Below, one piece after another: positions 46,242 to 55,036 of a stretch of 64,000 nucleotides of DNA (position 1 is the first letter of the stretch; each line of letters opens with the position of its first letter). Source of the stretch: an uncultured Ruminococcus sp. GTDB taxonomy: Bacteria; Bacillota; Clostridia; Oscillospirales; CAG-272. The position numbers and the translations under genes are program-made. The notes beneath the pieces were generated by a model that was not told the origin of the DNA, made no database searches, and was given only the letters and a program-made list of their open reading frames with translations. Where the stretch lies: NCBI GenBank assembly GCA_905202255.1, contig CAJKRH010000003.1:2466-66465 (forward strand), written 5' to 3'.

Positions 46242-46270
46242 TTGTTTTTCTGCAGCAAATATGATATAAT
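46242..46270 (+). promoter_or_regulatory. sigma70-type promoter of the defence operon
   Basis: TTGTTT (46242-46247), a 17-nt spacer, and TATAAT (46265-46270), 30 nt upstream of ATG 46301. Confidence 0.55.
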
Positions 46271-46300
46271 ATAATGAGTCTATTGGGTTAGGAGTAAAAC

Positions 46301-46528
46301 ATGAGTGTGAGTTACAAAAAGCTGTGGAAGCTATTGATTGATAAGGACATGAAGAAAAAAGATCTCCAGTTGGCTACCGGTCTCAGTTCTTCAACCATTG
46401 CAAAAATGACAAAGAACGAATCGGTCAATACAGAAGTGCTTGTCAAAGTCTGCACGGCGCTCGGCTGCGATATAGGCGACATTATGGAAGTGATTCCGGA
46501 TATCAAATCTGACACGGAGAAACGCTAA
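46301..46528 (+). CDS. XRE-family HTH protein (controller-like, 75 aa)
   Basis: LLIDKDMKKKDLQLATGLSSSTIAKMTKNESVNTEVLVKVCTALGCDIGDIMEV is a Cro/C1-type HTH. Its stop overlaps the next start (TAATG). Confidence 0.8.
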   Translation: MSVSYKKLWKLLIDKDMKKKDLQLATGLSSSTIAKMTKNESVNTEVLVKVCTALGCDIGDIMEVIPDIKSDTEKR

Positions 46529-49500
46529 TGGAACTTATCGATAATATCAACAAAACATTGAAAGATGACCTGGCAGATTCGATACACAGCGGGAGTAAAA
46601 TATCCATTGCCGCAGCTTGCTTTTCGATATACGCCTTTCAAGCGTTAAAAGATCAACTTACACAAATAGATGAGCTGCGTTTTATTTTCACCTCCCCGAC
46701 ATTCATCGCCGAGAAAGCCAAAAAAGAACGCCGGGAGTTTTATATTCCTCGCCTTACGCGAGAAAGAAGCCTTTATGGAACGGAGTTTGAAATAAGGCTA
46801 CGCAATGAGTTGACTCAAAAAGCCATTGCTAAAGAATGTGCAGATTGGATCCGAGCGAAAGTTACTTTCAAATCCAACATCAGTGATAAATCCATCCAAG
46901 GGCAATTAGTGGTTGACGATGCAGGCTATACACCAATCAATGGCTTTACGACAGTTGAACTCGGCTGCGAAAAAGGAAACGCAATGAACACAACCATCGT
47001 AAAAGATGCTTCTCTTGCTAAAACGCTCTTGGCAGGATTTAATGATATTTGGTCTGACAGCAAATTGCTTCAAAATGTGACAGACGAAATTATCGATAGC
47101 ATCTCCACTGCTTACAACGAGAATTCACCCGAATTCATCTACTTTGTAACGCTCTATAATATCTTCAACGAATTCCTTGAAGATATTTCAGAAGATGTTT
47201 TGCCGAATGAAGCGACCGGATTTAAGGAAAGTAAAATCTGGGGAATGCTTTATAACTTCCAAAGGGATGCTGCATTGGCGATTATCAATAAACTTGAAAA
47301 GTTCAACGGATGCATCCTGGCAGACAGCGTGGGATTGGGCAAAACCTTCACCGCACTGGCGGTTATTAAGTACTACGAAAACCGCAACAAATCGGTTCTC
47401 GTCCTCTGCCCTAAAAAACTGGCGAACAACTGGAACACCTATAAGGATAACTATGTCAATAATCCAATCGCCGCTGACCGTCTTCGCTATGATGTGCTTT
47501 ATCATACTGACCTGTCGAGAAACCACGGTTCCTCCAATGGTTTAGACTTGGATCGCTTGAACTGGGGCAATTATGATCTGGTCGTAATCGATGAATCACA
47601 CAACTTCAGAAACGGCGGGAAATCCGGCGGCGATTCGGAAAAAGAAAACAGATATCTCCGACTTTTGAACAAAGTCATCAGAACAGGTGTAAAGACCAAG
47701 GTTTTAATGCTCTCGGCAACGCCGGTAAACAATCGTTTTAATGATTTGAAAAATCAGCTTGCGCTTGCTTATGAGGGTAATTCAAACCTGATCAACGAAA
47801 AACTGAACACCAAAAGCACAATTGAGGAAATATTCCGTCAGGCTCAGCGGGCGTTTAACACATGGAGCAAACAAGATCCTCGCAGCAGAACCACCGAAAG
47901 CCTCCTGAAAATGCTGGACTTCGATTTCTTTGAGGTACTGGATTCTGTTACGATTGCCCGTTCAAGAAAGCACATTGAAAAATACTATGATACCGCAGAT
48001 ATCGGTTCTTTTCCGGAAAGGCTTAAGCCAATTTCCTTGTATCCGCCACTGACAGATCTGCGCAGTGCGATCAACTATAACGAAATATTTGAGCAGCTGA
48101 TGCTTTTGAATCTTGCAATTTATACTCCATCCCACTACATTCTCGACAGCAAAAAAAGCAAATACGCTGATTTGTTTGACGATGAAAAGGTTAATGTGGG
48201 CTTTACACAGGCGAACCGAGAGCAAGGCATCAGGCGTTTGATGGCAATCAACCTGATGAAACGAATGGAAAGCTCCGTCGCATCGTTCAGACTCACATTG
48301 AGCCGGATTGACAATCTGCTGAAAACAACGATATCAACCATTGACAGCTTCAATCAGTATTCCGATACCAACGTCAATCTGGAAGACATCTCTCAGCTGA
48401 ACGATTTTGATCTTGATGACCAAAACGATGATGAACTCTTTTCTTTCGGGAAAAAGGTCAAAATCAATCTGAGCGATATGGACTATACATCATGGCGCAG
48501 AGATCTTGCAAAGGACAAAGAAACCATTGAACTTTTGACTGTCATGGTTGCTGATATTACACCGGAGCATGACAGCAAATTGCAGGAGCTTTTCAGAGTT
48601 CTCTCAAATAAGATTGAGCATCCCATCAATGACAATAATCGAAAGGTTATTATTTTCACCGCATTTTCTGATACCGCAGAGTACCTTTATGAGAATGTGA
48701 GCAGGTTTGTTCTCCAAAACTATCATTTGAACACCGCAATGGTAACAGGCTCGGTTGACGGCCGTTCAACCGTTCCTCGTCTGCACTGCGATATGAATAC
48801 CGTGCTGACTTGCTTCTCTCCGATCTCTAAAGATAAAGAACTGCTGATGCCCGGTGATACGACAGAAATAGATGTGCTGATTGCAACCGACTGTATTTCC
48901 GAAGGTCAGAACCTGCAGGATTGCGACTATCTCATCAATTACGATATTCACTGGAATCCCGTTCGCATCATTCAGCGGTTCGGGCGTATCGACCGTATCG
49001 GAAGCCGCAATAAAGTCATTCAGCTGGTAAACTTCTGGCCAAATGTTACACTTGACGAATATATAGACCTCAAGGCACGTGTTGAAACCCGTATGAAGAT
49101 CGTTGATATGACCGCAACCGGAGACGACAACATATTGCAAGAAGAAAAGTCCGATCTGGAATACAGGAAAGCACAATTGAAGCGCCTCCAGGAAGAAGTC
49201 GTTGATATCGAGGAAATGTCCTCCGGCATCTCCATCATGGATCTGGGCTTAAATGAATTCCGGCTCGACCTGCTGGAATATGTCAAAGCAAATCCCAATC
49301 TTGACAAAACACCGTTCGGACTTCACGCCGTAGCCGCTTCAAATGATGAATGCCCTCCGGGCGTTGTGTTCGTGCTGAAGAACCGATCAAACAGCATCAA
49401 TATCGACCACCAGAATCGGCTGCATCCGTTCTATATGGTGTATATTGCCGATGATGGCGAAGTTGTTTGCGACCACCTTTCGCCCAAAGCAATGCTGGAC

Positions 49501-49755
49501 AAGCTCCGCTATTTGTGCAAAGGTAAAGCCACGCCGATTCCGGAACTGTACCGTCGGTTCAATAAGGAAACGAAAGACGGACGCAATATGCAAGCAACCT
49601 CCGCATTGCTTGGAGATGCGATTGCATCCATTATCGAAACCAAAGAAGAAAGCGAGATTGATACATTCCTTGGCGGTGGTCAGATGAGCTTTTTGTCAAA
49701 CGAAATCAAGGGGCTGGATGATTTTGAACTGATCTGCTTCTTGGTCGTAAAATAA
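46528..49755 (+). CDS. SNF2-family helicase with ~230-aa N-terminal extension (possibly an inactivated PLD-like N-domain)
   Basis: Motif I ILADSVGLGKT, motif II VVIDESHNFRN, and C-terminal lobe ATDCISEGQNLQDCDYLINYDIHWNPVRIIQRFGRIDRIGS. I could not find an HxK..D motif in the N-terminal region. Confidence 0.85.
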   Translation: MELIDNINKTLKDDLADSIHSGSKISIAAACFSIYAFQALKDQLTQIDELRFIFTSPTFIAEKAKKERREFYIPRLTRERSLYGTEFEIRLRNELTQKAIAKECADWIRAKVTFKSNISDKSIQGQLVVDDAGYTPINGFTTVELGCEKGNAMNTTIVKDASLAKTLLAGFNDIWSDSKLLQNVTDEIIDSISTAYNENSPEFIYFVTLYNIFNEFLEDISEDVLPNEATGFKESKIWGMLYNFQRDAALAIINKLEKFNGCILADSVGLGKTFTALAVIKYYENRNKSVLVLCPKKLANNWNTYKDNYVNNPIAADRLRYDVLYHTDLSRNHGSSNGLDLDRLNWGNYDLVVIDESHNFRNGGKSGGDSEKENRYLRLLNKVIRTGVKTKVLMLSATPVNNRFNDLKNQLALAYEGNSNLINEKLNTKSTIEEIFRQAQRAFNTWSKQDPRSRTTESLLKMLDFDFFEVLDSVTIARSRKHIEKYYDTADIGSFPERLKPISLYPPLTDLRSAINYNEIFEQLMLLNLAIYTPSHYILDSKKSKYADLFDDEKVNVGFTQANREQGIRRLMAINLMKRMESSVASFRLTLSRIDNLLKTTISTIDSFNQYSDTNVNLEDISQLNDFDLDDQNDDELFSFGKKVKINLSDMDYTSWRRDLAKDKETIELLTVMVADITPEHDSKLQELFRVLSNKIEHPINDNNRKVIIFTAFSDTAEYLYENVSRFVLQNYHLNTAMVTGSVDGRSTVPRLHCDMNTVLTCFSPISKDKELLMPGDTTEIDVLIATDCISEGQNLQDCDYLINYDIHWNPVRIIQRFGRIDRIGSRNKVIQLVNFWPNVTLDEYIDLKARVETRMKIVDMTATGDDNILQEEKSDLEYRKAQLKRLQEEVVDIEEMSSGISIMDLGLNEFRLDLLEYVKANPNLDKTPFGLHAVAASNDECPPGVVFVLKNRSNSINIDHQNRLHPFYMVYIADDGEVVCDHLSPKAMLDKLRYLCKGKATPIPELYRRFNKETKDGRNMQATSALLGDAIASIIETKEESEIDTFLGGGQMSFLSNEIKGLDDFELICFLVVK

Positions 49756-49774
49756 AATCAAAGGAGGCATGGAT

Positions 49775-50380
49775 ATGCTTGGATTCCCACAGAAAACAGA
49801 ATTACGAAAACCACTACATAAAAAAGTGATTTTTGAAAAGCTTCAACTGAACACCTTACAGCAAGATCGTGTGGATGCAGACATTTCACGCCTCTATTTT
49901 GTCAATGAGATCTCGCCTTACAGCGTAGGGATTACAGATGGAGAAGCCGTCAAGGCGTTTTATGTGATCCTGGTCTGCCTCAAGCGGAAGGATTATGACG
50001 ATAAAACGATCTCGATGCTCTTTCGCTTGATCGACAACAAAATGATTCTCGTTCTGCAATATGAAACCGAAAGCCGGGTGGCGATCTTTCATGGGAAACT
50101 CATTCAAACGGATTGGAAGCCAACAGACGCATTTTCCTTCTCCCTGCAAGGGCTGAACCTTGATTCAGTATGGAACAACCTAATCATTCAAATCGGGGAT
50201 ATTCACCCTGAAAGCGGACGCTCCATTGAAGAACAGATTGCACTTGACGAACAACGAAAAAAGATAGAAAAGGAAATTGCGTCTCTCGAAAAAATGGCAC
50301 GAGCGGAAAAACAGCCGAAAAAGAAGTTTGAACTGGTGCAACGGATTAGAGCTTTAAAAGAAAATCAAAATTCACCATAA
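49775..50380 (+). CDS. DUF4391-like protein
   Basis: MLGFPQKTELRKPLHKKVIFEK... and ...SLQGLNLDSVWNNLIIQIGDI match my memory of DUF4391 proteins (LP..T...IPK..F; L.GLN.D.VY.N...QI), followed by a C-terminal coiled-coil tail. Start set at the second ATG, 7 nt after AAGGAGG. Confidence 0.6.
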   Translation: MLGFPQKTELRKPLHKKVIFEKLQLNTLQQDRVDADISRLYFVNEISPYSVGITDGEAVKAFYVILVCLKRKDYDDKTISMLFRLIDNKMILVLQYETESRVAIFHGKLIQTDWKPTDAFSFSLQGLNLDSVWNNLIIQIGDIHPESGRSIEEQIALDEQRKKIEKEIASLEKMARAEKQPKKKFELVQRIRALKENQNSP

Positions 50381-50393
50381 GGAGGTTGTCGTT

Positions 50394-50912
50394 ATGTTTC
50401 TATATAAATTGCTACTCACTCTAAACGCAACATCATGGATGGCGATCATATATGTAATAAAAGAAGGTTGGACAATTGGGAAAGTGCCAAATCATTTGTT
50501 TGGAATACTGCTTTTGATAATTCCGATCTTTCTGTCATGGATTTCGCTTATTATGACTCGTTTTTTAGGAATTGAATCTTTAGTTGGTAATTGCAAAGAG
50601 TTTAGCCTTGCAGATGGGGAGTTTCTACCGATATATTTGGGGTATTTCTTTGTTTCCGTGGGAGTTTCTGACCTCTTTACAATGGCAGTGGTATACCTCA
50701 TAGTATTTGTCTTTACCTTTTTATCACAAACACAATACTATAATCCCATATATCTGCTTTTTGGCTATCATTACTACCACGTCACGACTGAAAATGGTAC
50801 AAGTATTTTTATTATCAGAAAAGGTCCAGTTATTCGAAATTCCGCAGAGCTAAGATTCGATCATTTGCATCGTTTGAACAATACAACTTTTATTGAGAGG
50901 AAGACAAAATGA
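50394..50912 (+). CDS. small ~4-TM membrane protein (KwaA-like candidate)
   Basis: 172 aa with AAGGAGG 8 nt upstream. Hydrophobic segments lie at about residues 3-24, 34-57, 76-92 and 96-112, followed by a ~60-aa soluble tail. About 33% GC by hand count of the first 60 nt. Confidence 0.6.
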   Translation: MFLYKLLLTLNATSWMAIIYVIKEGWTIGKVPNHLFGILLLIIPIFLSWISLIMTRFLGIESLVGNCKEFSLADGEFLPIYLGYFFVSVGVSDLFTMAVVYLIVFVFTFLSQTQYYNPIYLLFGYHYYHVTTENGTSIFIIRKGPVIRNSAELRFDHLHRLNNTTFIERKTK

Positions 50913-51754
50913 GTAATATATGTGTAAAATTAAAGCAACGTGAAAACAGCAAGTATCGACTGATGCTTTCATCAGATGAAACTATCTTTCCGGTATTTGA
51001 TCCGGAAAGTGCTTCAACATCACCATACACTCCGGGAGCAACGCTTGAAGATGATGATTGGTTTTGCATTCAGAATGTTCGGGATACTGAATATAGCATA
51101 GATTTGCTTTCTGAAACCTTTACCACCGTAGACTTGGCTTTACTCACTCATGCAGAATTTGAAAGGATAGATTACCTGTTTGCATTTGATGATAGATTCA
51201 TCTTCTTTCAGAATATATCCAAGTCAAATTTGATTGCACAAAAAAGAATTTTCCGCTTTGGAGAAGAATTCAAATACAGAACCAACTGCTCGGAAATTGT
51301 TATCAGAGAAATTCCGGATGCAATTTATGATAAAACCACCGACAGCCTATATTTCCGTAAACTCGAATCTATCACCAGTATATTCAGGGGGATAGATATG
51401 CTTTATCGCGAAGCCACGCAAGAAGAAACAGATTCTTTTCTTGCAAATGATTTTATCAACTTAAAGGATGACTATTCCGGCAGCAAAGTAAAAACCGCCA
51501 ACAGAAAAAGGATTGCTCTTGCAGCAAAAACCCTGTCGGAGCTTGGAGAAACCGATCGAAAGAACATCTTTGCCTACATAGGCGAATACTGTCCCGAATT
51601 GAAAGTTTCAGAAAATGCTTTTGAAGTTGGTTCTGAAAATGAATTGAAAATGCTGCTGTATGGTATCGAGCAGAGGTTTTATACTACTCCGGTTGGTGGA
51701 GAGAAACGCCTTGCCAATTCGGTTATTACATTGAATCAAGGAGGACAAGCATAA
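50909..51754 (+). CDS. 281-aa soluble protein, DUF4868/KwaB-like candidate
   Basis: ATGA overlap with the 4-TM gene. The segment ..IREIPDAIYDKTTDSLYFRKLESITSIFRGIDMLYREATQEETDSFL.. resembles the DUF4868 core as I remember it. Not verified. Confidence 0.5.
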   Translation: MSNICVKLKQRENSKYRLMLSSDETIFPVFDPESASTSPYTPGATLEDDDWFCIQNVRDTEYSIDLLSETFTTVDLALLTHAEFERIDYLFAFDDRFIFFQNISKSNLIAQKRIFRFGEEFKYRTNCSEIVIREIPDAIYDKTTDSLYFRKLESITSIFRGIDMLYREATQEETDSFLANDFINLKDDYSGSKVKTANRKRIALAAKTLSELGETDRKNIFAYIGEYCPELKVSENAFEVGSENELKMLLYGIEQRFYTTPVGGEKRLANSVITLNQGGQA

Positions 51755-53736
51755 TGGATAAACTGAAAATGCAAACGGCGAACAAAGCCGATGAGAACTA
51801 CAGAAAGCTGGCGGAGATGTTCCCGAACGCCGTGACGGAGACGATTGACGAGAACGGCGAGGTTGTTCGTGCCATTGACAAGGATGTGCTGATGCAGGAA
51901 ATCAACACAAAGGTCGTTGACGGAAAAGAGGAACGCTATCAGTTCACCTGGCCGGACAAGAAGAAATCTGTCCTGCTGGCGAACGCTCCCATTTCCAAAA
52001 CGCTGCGTCCAGTTCGTGATGATGAAACAAAACCCACCGGTGCGGACAGTGAGGGAAAACCTTATTGTAGCACTGGCAGCGTGGACTTTGATACCACCGA
52101 AAACCTCTATATCGAGGGTGATAACCTTGAAGTGCTGAAGCTCCTGCAGGAAACCTATCTCGGCAAAATCAAGATGATTTACATAGACCCGCCGTACAAT
52201 ACGGGAAATGACTTTGTGTATGAGGATGATTTTGCCCAAAGCACTGATGAGTACCTTGCAAATAGCGGACAGTTTGACGAGTACGGCAACCGTATGGTGC
52301 AGAACACCGAGAGCAACGGTCGTTTCCATACGGACTGGCTTAATATGATGTACACCCGTTTGCGAATTGCTAAAGATTTGCTTGCAGATGATGGTGTTAT
52401 TTTCATATCGATTGATGATAACGAGATTGCTAATCTCAGCAAAATGTGCGATGAAATATTTGGTAGTGATAACGCCATAGCTGTGTTTCCAAGACTTGCG
52501 ACAAAGAGTGGTAAGACCCCTCTAACATTTATGGTGAGTCACGATTATGTTCTTTGCTATACGAAATCCAGGCATGATATTTTTGTCGGACAAGCATTTG
52601 AGGACGATAGTTATAAATACTCCGATGAATACGAGGCGGAAAGAGGAAGGTATAATCTCAAGCAACCTCTGGATTGTAATTCGATAAGTTACTCAGCTTC
52701 TCTTGACTATCCAATTACACATGAAGGAGTCACTTATTATCCGGGTAGTGATTATAACAAATATCTTGAGAGACAAAGCGGTAAACATCTACCCAAAGAT
52801 TACGCATGGCGATGGTCAAAAGAGTTGTTCGAGTTTGGCTTGAAAAACGGATGGATTGTTTTTCAAAACGGGCGAATCTATACAAAGGGGTATCTTAACG
52901 CTGCGATTGAAAAACAGCCGAACGGGTCTTATGCTGTCGTAAAGAGAGAAAAAACACGAAAAATGTCTACCATTGATTTTATATCAAACGATTATTCTAA
53001 CGACATTGCCAAGAAGCAACTTGCTTCTCATAAAATTTCTGCTCGATTTGATTTTCCAAAACCAGTGGATTTAATTAAGGCATTGTTGGCTACGCACTAT
53101 GATAAAGATGCTTTGGTTGTAGATTTTTTCAGCGGATCTGCTACTACCGCCGAAGCTGTTTTTAAGCAGAACATAACAGATGGTGGCAATCGAAGGTTTA
53201 TTCTTGTCCAGTTGCCCGAGGAAACACAAGATAGTACATACAAAAACATCTGTGAAATCGGCAAGGAACGCATCCGTCGTGCCGGTAAGAAAATCAAAGA
53301 AGAAGCGGGACTTACTGCACAAAACCTCGACATCGGTTTCCGTGTTCTGAAGTGCGATACCTCCAACATGAAAGATGTGTATTACAATCCCGACGATTAT
53401 GAAATCGGTATGTTCGATCAGCTGACTGACAACATAAAGGAAGACAGAACTCCCGAAGATTTGCTTTTCCAGGTTATGCTCGATCTTGGCGTTCTTCTGT
53501 CAAGCAAAATTGAGGAAACCACCATTGCCGGTAAGAAGGTGTTCAATGTGGAGGGTAACTACCTGATCGCCTGCTTTGATGACAATGTAACCGACGAAGT
53601 CATTACGGCAATTGCAAAACAAGAACCGTACTACTTTGTCATGCGCGATAGCTCCATGGCTTCCGACAGCGTGGCAACCAACTTCGATCAGATTTTCGCT
53701 ACCTATAGTCCGACCACGATAAGGAAGGTGCTATGA
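51754..53736 (+). CDS. type III-like N6-adenine DNA methyltransferase (Mod, beta-class, DPPY)
   Basis: Motif IV MIYIDPPYNTGNDFVY precedes motif I VVDFFSGSATTAEAV. This order, with a variable middle region, is typical of Mod subunits. Confidence 0.88.
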   Translation: MDKLKMQTANKADENYRKLAEMFPNAVTETIDENGEVVRAIDKDVLMQEINTKVVDGKEERYQFTWPDKKKSVLLANAPISKTLRPVRDDETKPTGADSEGKPYCSTGSVDFDTTENLYIEGDNLEVLKLLQETYLGKIKMIYIDPPYNTGNDFVYEDDFAQSTDEYLANSGQFDEYGNRMVQNTESNGRFHTDWLNMMYTRLRIAKDLLADDGVIFISIDDNEIANLSKMCDEIFGSDNAIAVFPRLATKSGKTPLTFMVSHDYVLCYTKSRHDIFVGQAFEDDSYKYSDEYEAERGRYNLKQPLDCNSISYSASLDYPITHEGVTYYPGSDYNKYLERQSGKHLPKDYAWRWSKELFEFGLKNGWIVFQNGRIYTKGYLNAAIEKQPNGSYAVVKREKTRKMSTIDFISNDYSNDIAKKQLASHKISARFDFPKPVDLIKALLATHYDKDALVVDFFSGSATTAEAVFKQNITDGGNRRFILVQLPEETQDSTYKNICEIGKERIRRAGKKIKEEAGLTAQNLDIGFRVLKCDTSNMKDVYYNPDDYEIGMFDQLTDNIKEDRTPEDLLFQVMLDLGVLLSSKIEETTIAGKKVFNVEGNYLIACFDDNVTDEVITAIAKQEPYYFVMRDSSMASDSVATNFDQIFATYSPTTIRKVL

Positions 53737-53737
53737 G

Positions 53738-55036
53738 TTGAAGCAAATAACAGAAATAACACGAAGAGATATCTTCGCTTTGTTTCAATATGGCATGGAT
53801 ATAGACGAATTGTGGGAAACCAAACGAGTACGCTATGGCTATTATGGCAACCTAAGCGAGATTGATTTTCTCAAACGGATTTATGACCTCAAAGAACTTC
53901 CGAGTTATGATAATCGTTTTGAAGATGCCGAGGGCGACATATGGCAGCACACGATAAATAACGACGATTATGAAAATGGTTGGATTTTTGAGGACGATAG
54001 ATTTGAACTCTTGAATGGCGACGATGAAGTTCTGCTGAAGTTCTTATGTGCTGTTTTTCATCCTGCGGTTAGGTATGAAAAAGGTTATTGGAAAGAAATT
54101 CTTGATGCAGTAAACGGACTGCTTCACAACGACGGCTATGAGCTTTATCCGGAAAGCAAAATATCCGGACGAGATGTGTATGGTTGGCGTAAATACGACC
54201 AGGAGGAAAGTTCTTTGTTTGTCCCTTTCTCACAAAGGCACGAAAAGGCAATAAAGGCAAAAGAGCTTAAACTCTCGTTGAGTATGAAAATCCGAAACCA
54301 AATTTACAAACTTATCGAAAGATACTCAACCGTATATCGTGAAACCGATGATACTGGATGGAACTATGATATTACTACGAGTGAATGTATCTTTAGAGAT
54401 ATTTCACAGTTCTATAAGCCGAAGTGCTTTGACGCAAGCAATAATTATGTTGAAACCTCGGATATGGAGCAATTTATTCTGCATAATTCACCATTCTGCG
54501 TTCTTGATGTGATTGAGTTGTGCGAAAAGTACAATGCCGAAAGTGATTATTCGTCTCAGATGAATACACTTTTTAAGTTAAATTCGGTTGGATACAGATT
54601 AGAACAAGGGAGAGTTGTAAGTACCTTCGAAGTCCCTATTGACAAAAAGGTTGTATCGGATATTTCCGAACAAGGTTTGAAGGAACTTATAGAAGAAGCA
54701 GATAACTATTATCGAGCAGGCAATAAACAGATTGCAGTAGAGAAAATATGGGATGCTTTTGAGAGACTGAAAACCTTTTATTCTCCGGCACTTAATAAGG
54801 CATCATCTGCGAACAAAATAATTGATGATATGAGTTCTTCAGACCCTCACTATAAGGCTATGTATGAAGACGAGTTCAAGGCACTAACGAACATTGGCAA
54901 TGGGTTCAGAATTCGCCATCACGAAACGACCAAGGTTGATATTACGGACAATCGACAATACGACTATTTTTACAAGCGTTGTCTTGCCTTGATTTCTGTC
55001 GCTATCCTATACTTGGAAGGAGGAAGTCACAAATGA
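53738..55036 (+). CDS. 432-aa AbiJ-like protein: conserved N-terminal module plus HEPN-like C-terminus (candidate)
   Basis: TTG start 8-10 nt after AAGGAAGGTG. The N-terminus reads ..FLKRIYDLKELPSYDNRFEDAEGDIWQHTINNDDYENGWIFEDDRFELLNGDDEVLLKFLCAVFHPAVR.. The C-terminus reads ..IWDAFERLKTFY...LTNIGNGFRIRHHETTK.. About 33% GC in the first 60 nt. Confidence 0.5.
   Translation: MKQITEITRRDIFALFQYGMDIDELWETKRVRYGYYGNLSEIDFLKRIYDLKELPSYDNRFEDAEGDIWQHTINNDDYENGWIFEDDRFELLNGDDEVLLKFLCAVFHPAVRYEKGYWKEILDAVNGLLHNDGYELYPESKISGRDVYGWRKYDQEESSLFVPFSQRHEKAIKAKELKLSLSMKIRNQIYKLIERYSTVYRETDDTGWNYDITTSECIFRDISQFYKPKCFDASNNYVETSDMEQFILHNSPFCVLDVIELCEKYNAESDYSSQMNTLFKLNSVGYRLEQGRVVSTFEVPIDKKVVSDISEQGLKELIEEADNYYRAGNKQIAVEKIWDAFERLKTFYSPALNKASSANKIIDDMSSSDPHYKAMYEDEFKALTNIGNGFRIRHHETTKVDITDNRQYDYFYKRCLALISVAILYLEGGSHK

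Noticed and set aside
54979-55032. Upstream extension of the res ORF (track start 54979).
   Set aside because: It would overlap the preceding gene by 58 nt. ATG 55033 has a strong GGAAGGAGGAAG RBS, and MKFKFKIQGYQ is the typical Res N-terminus.
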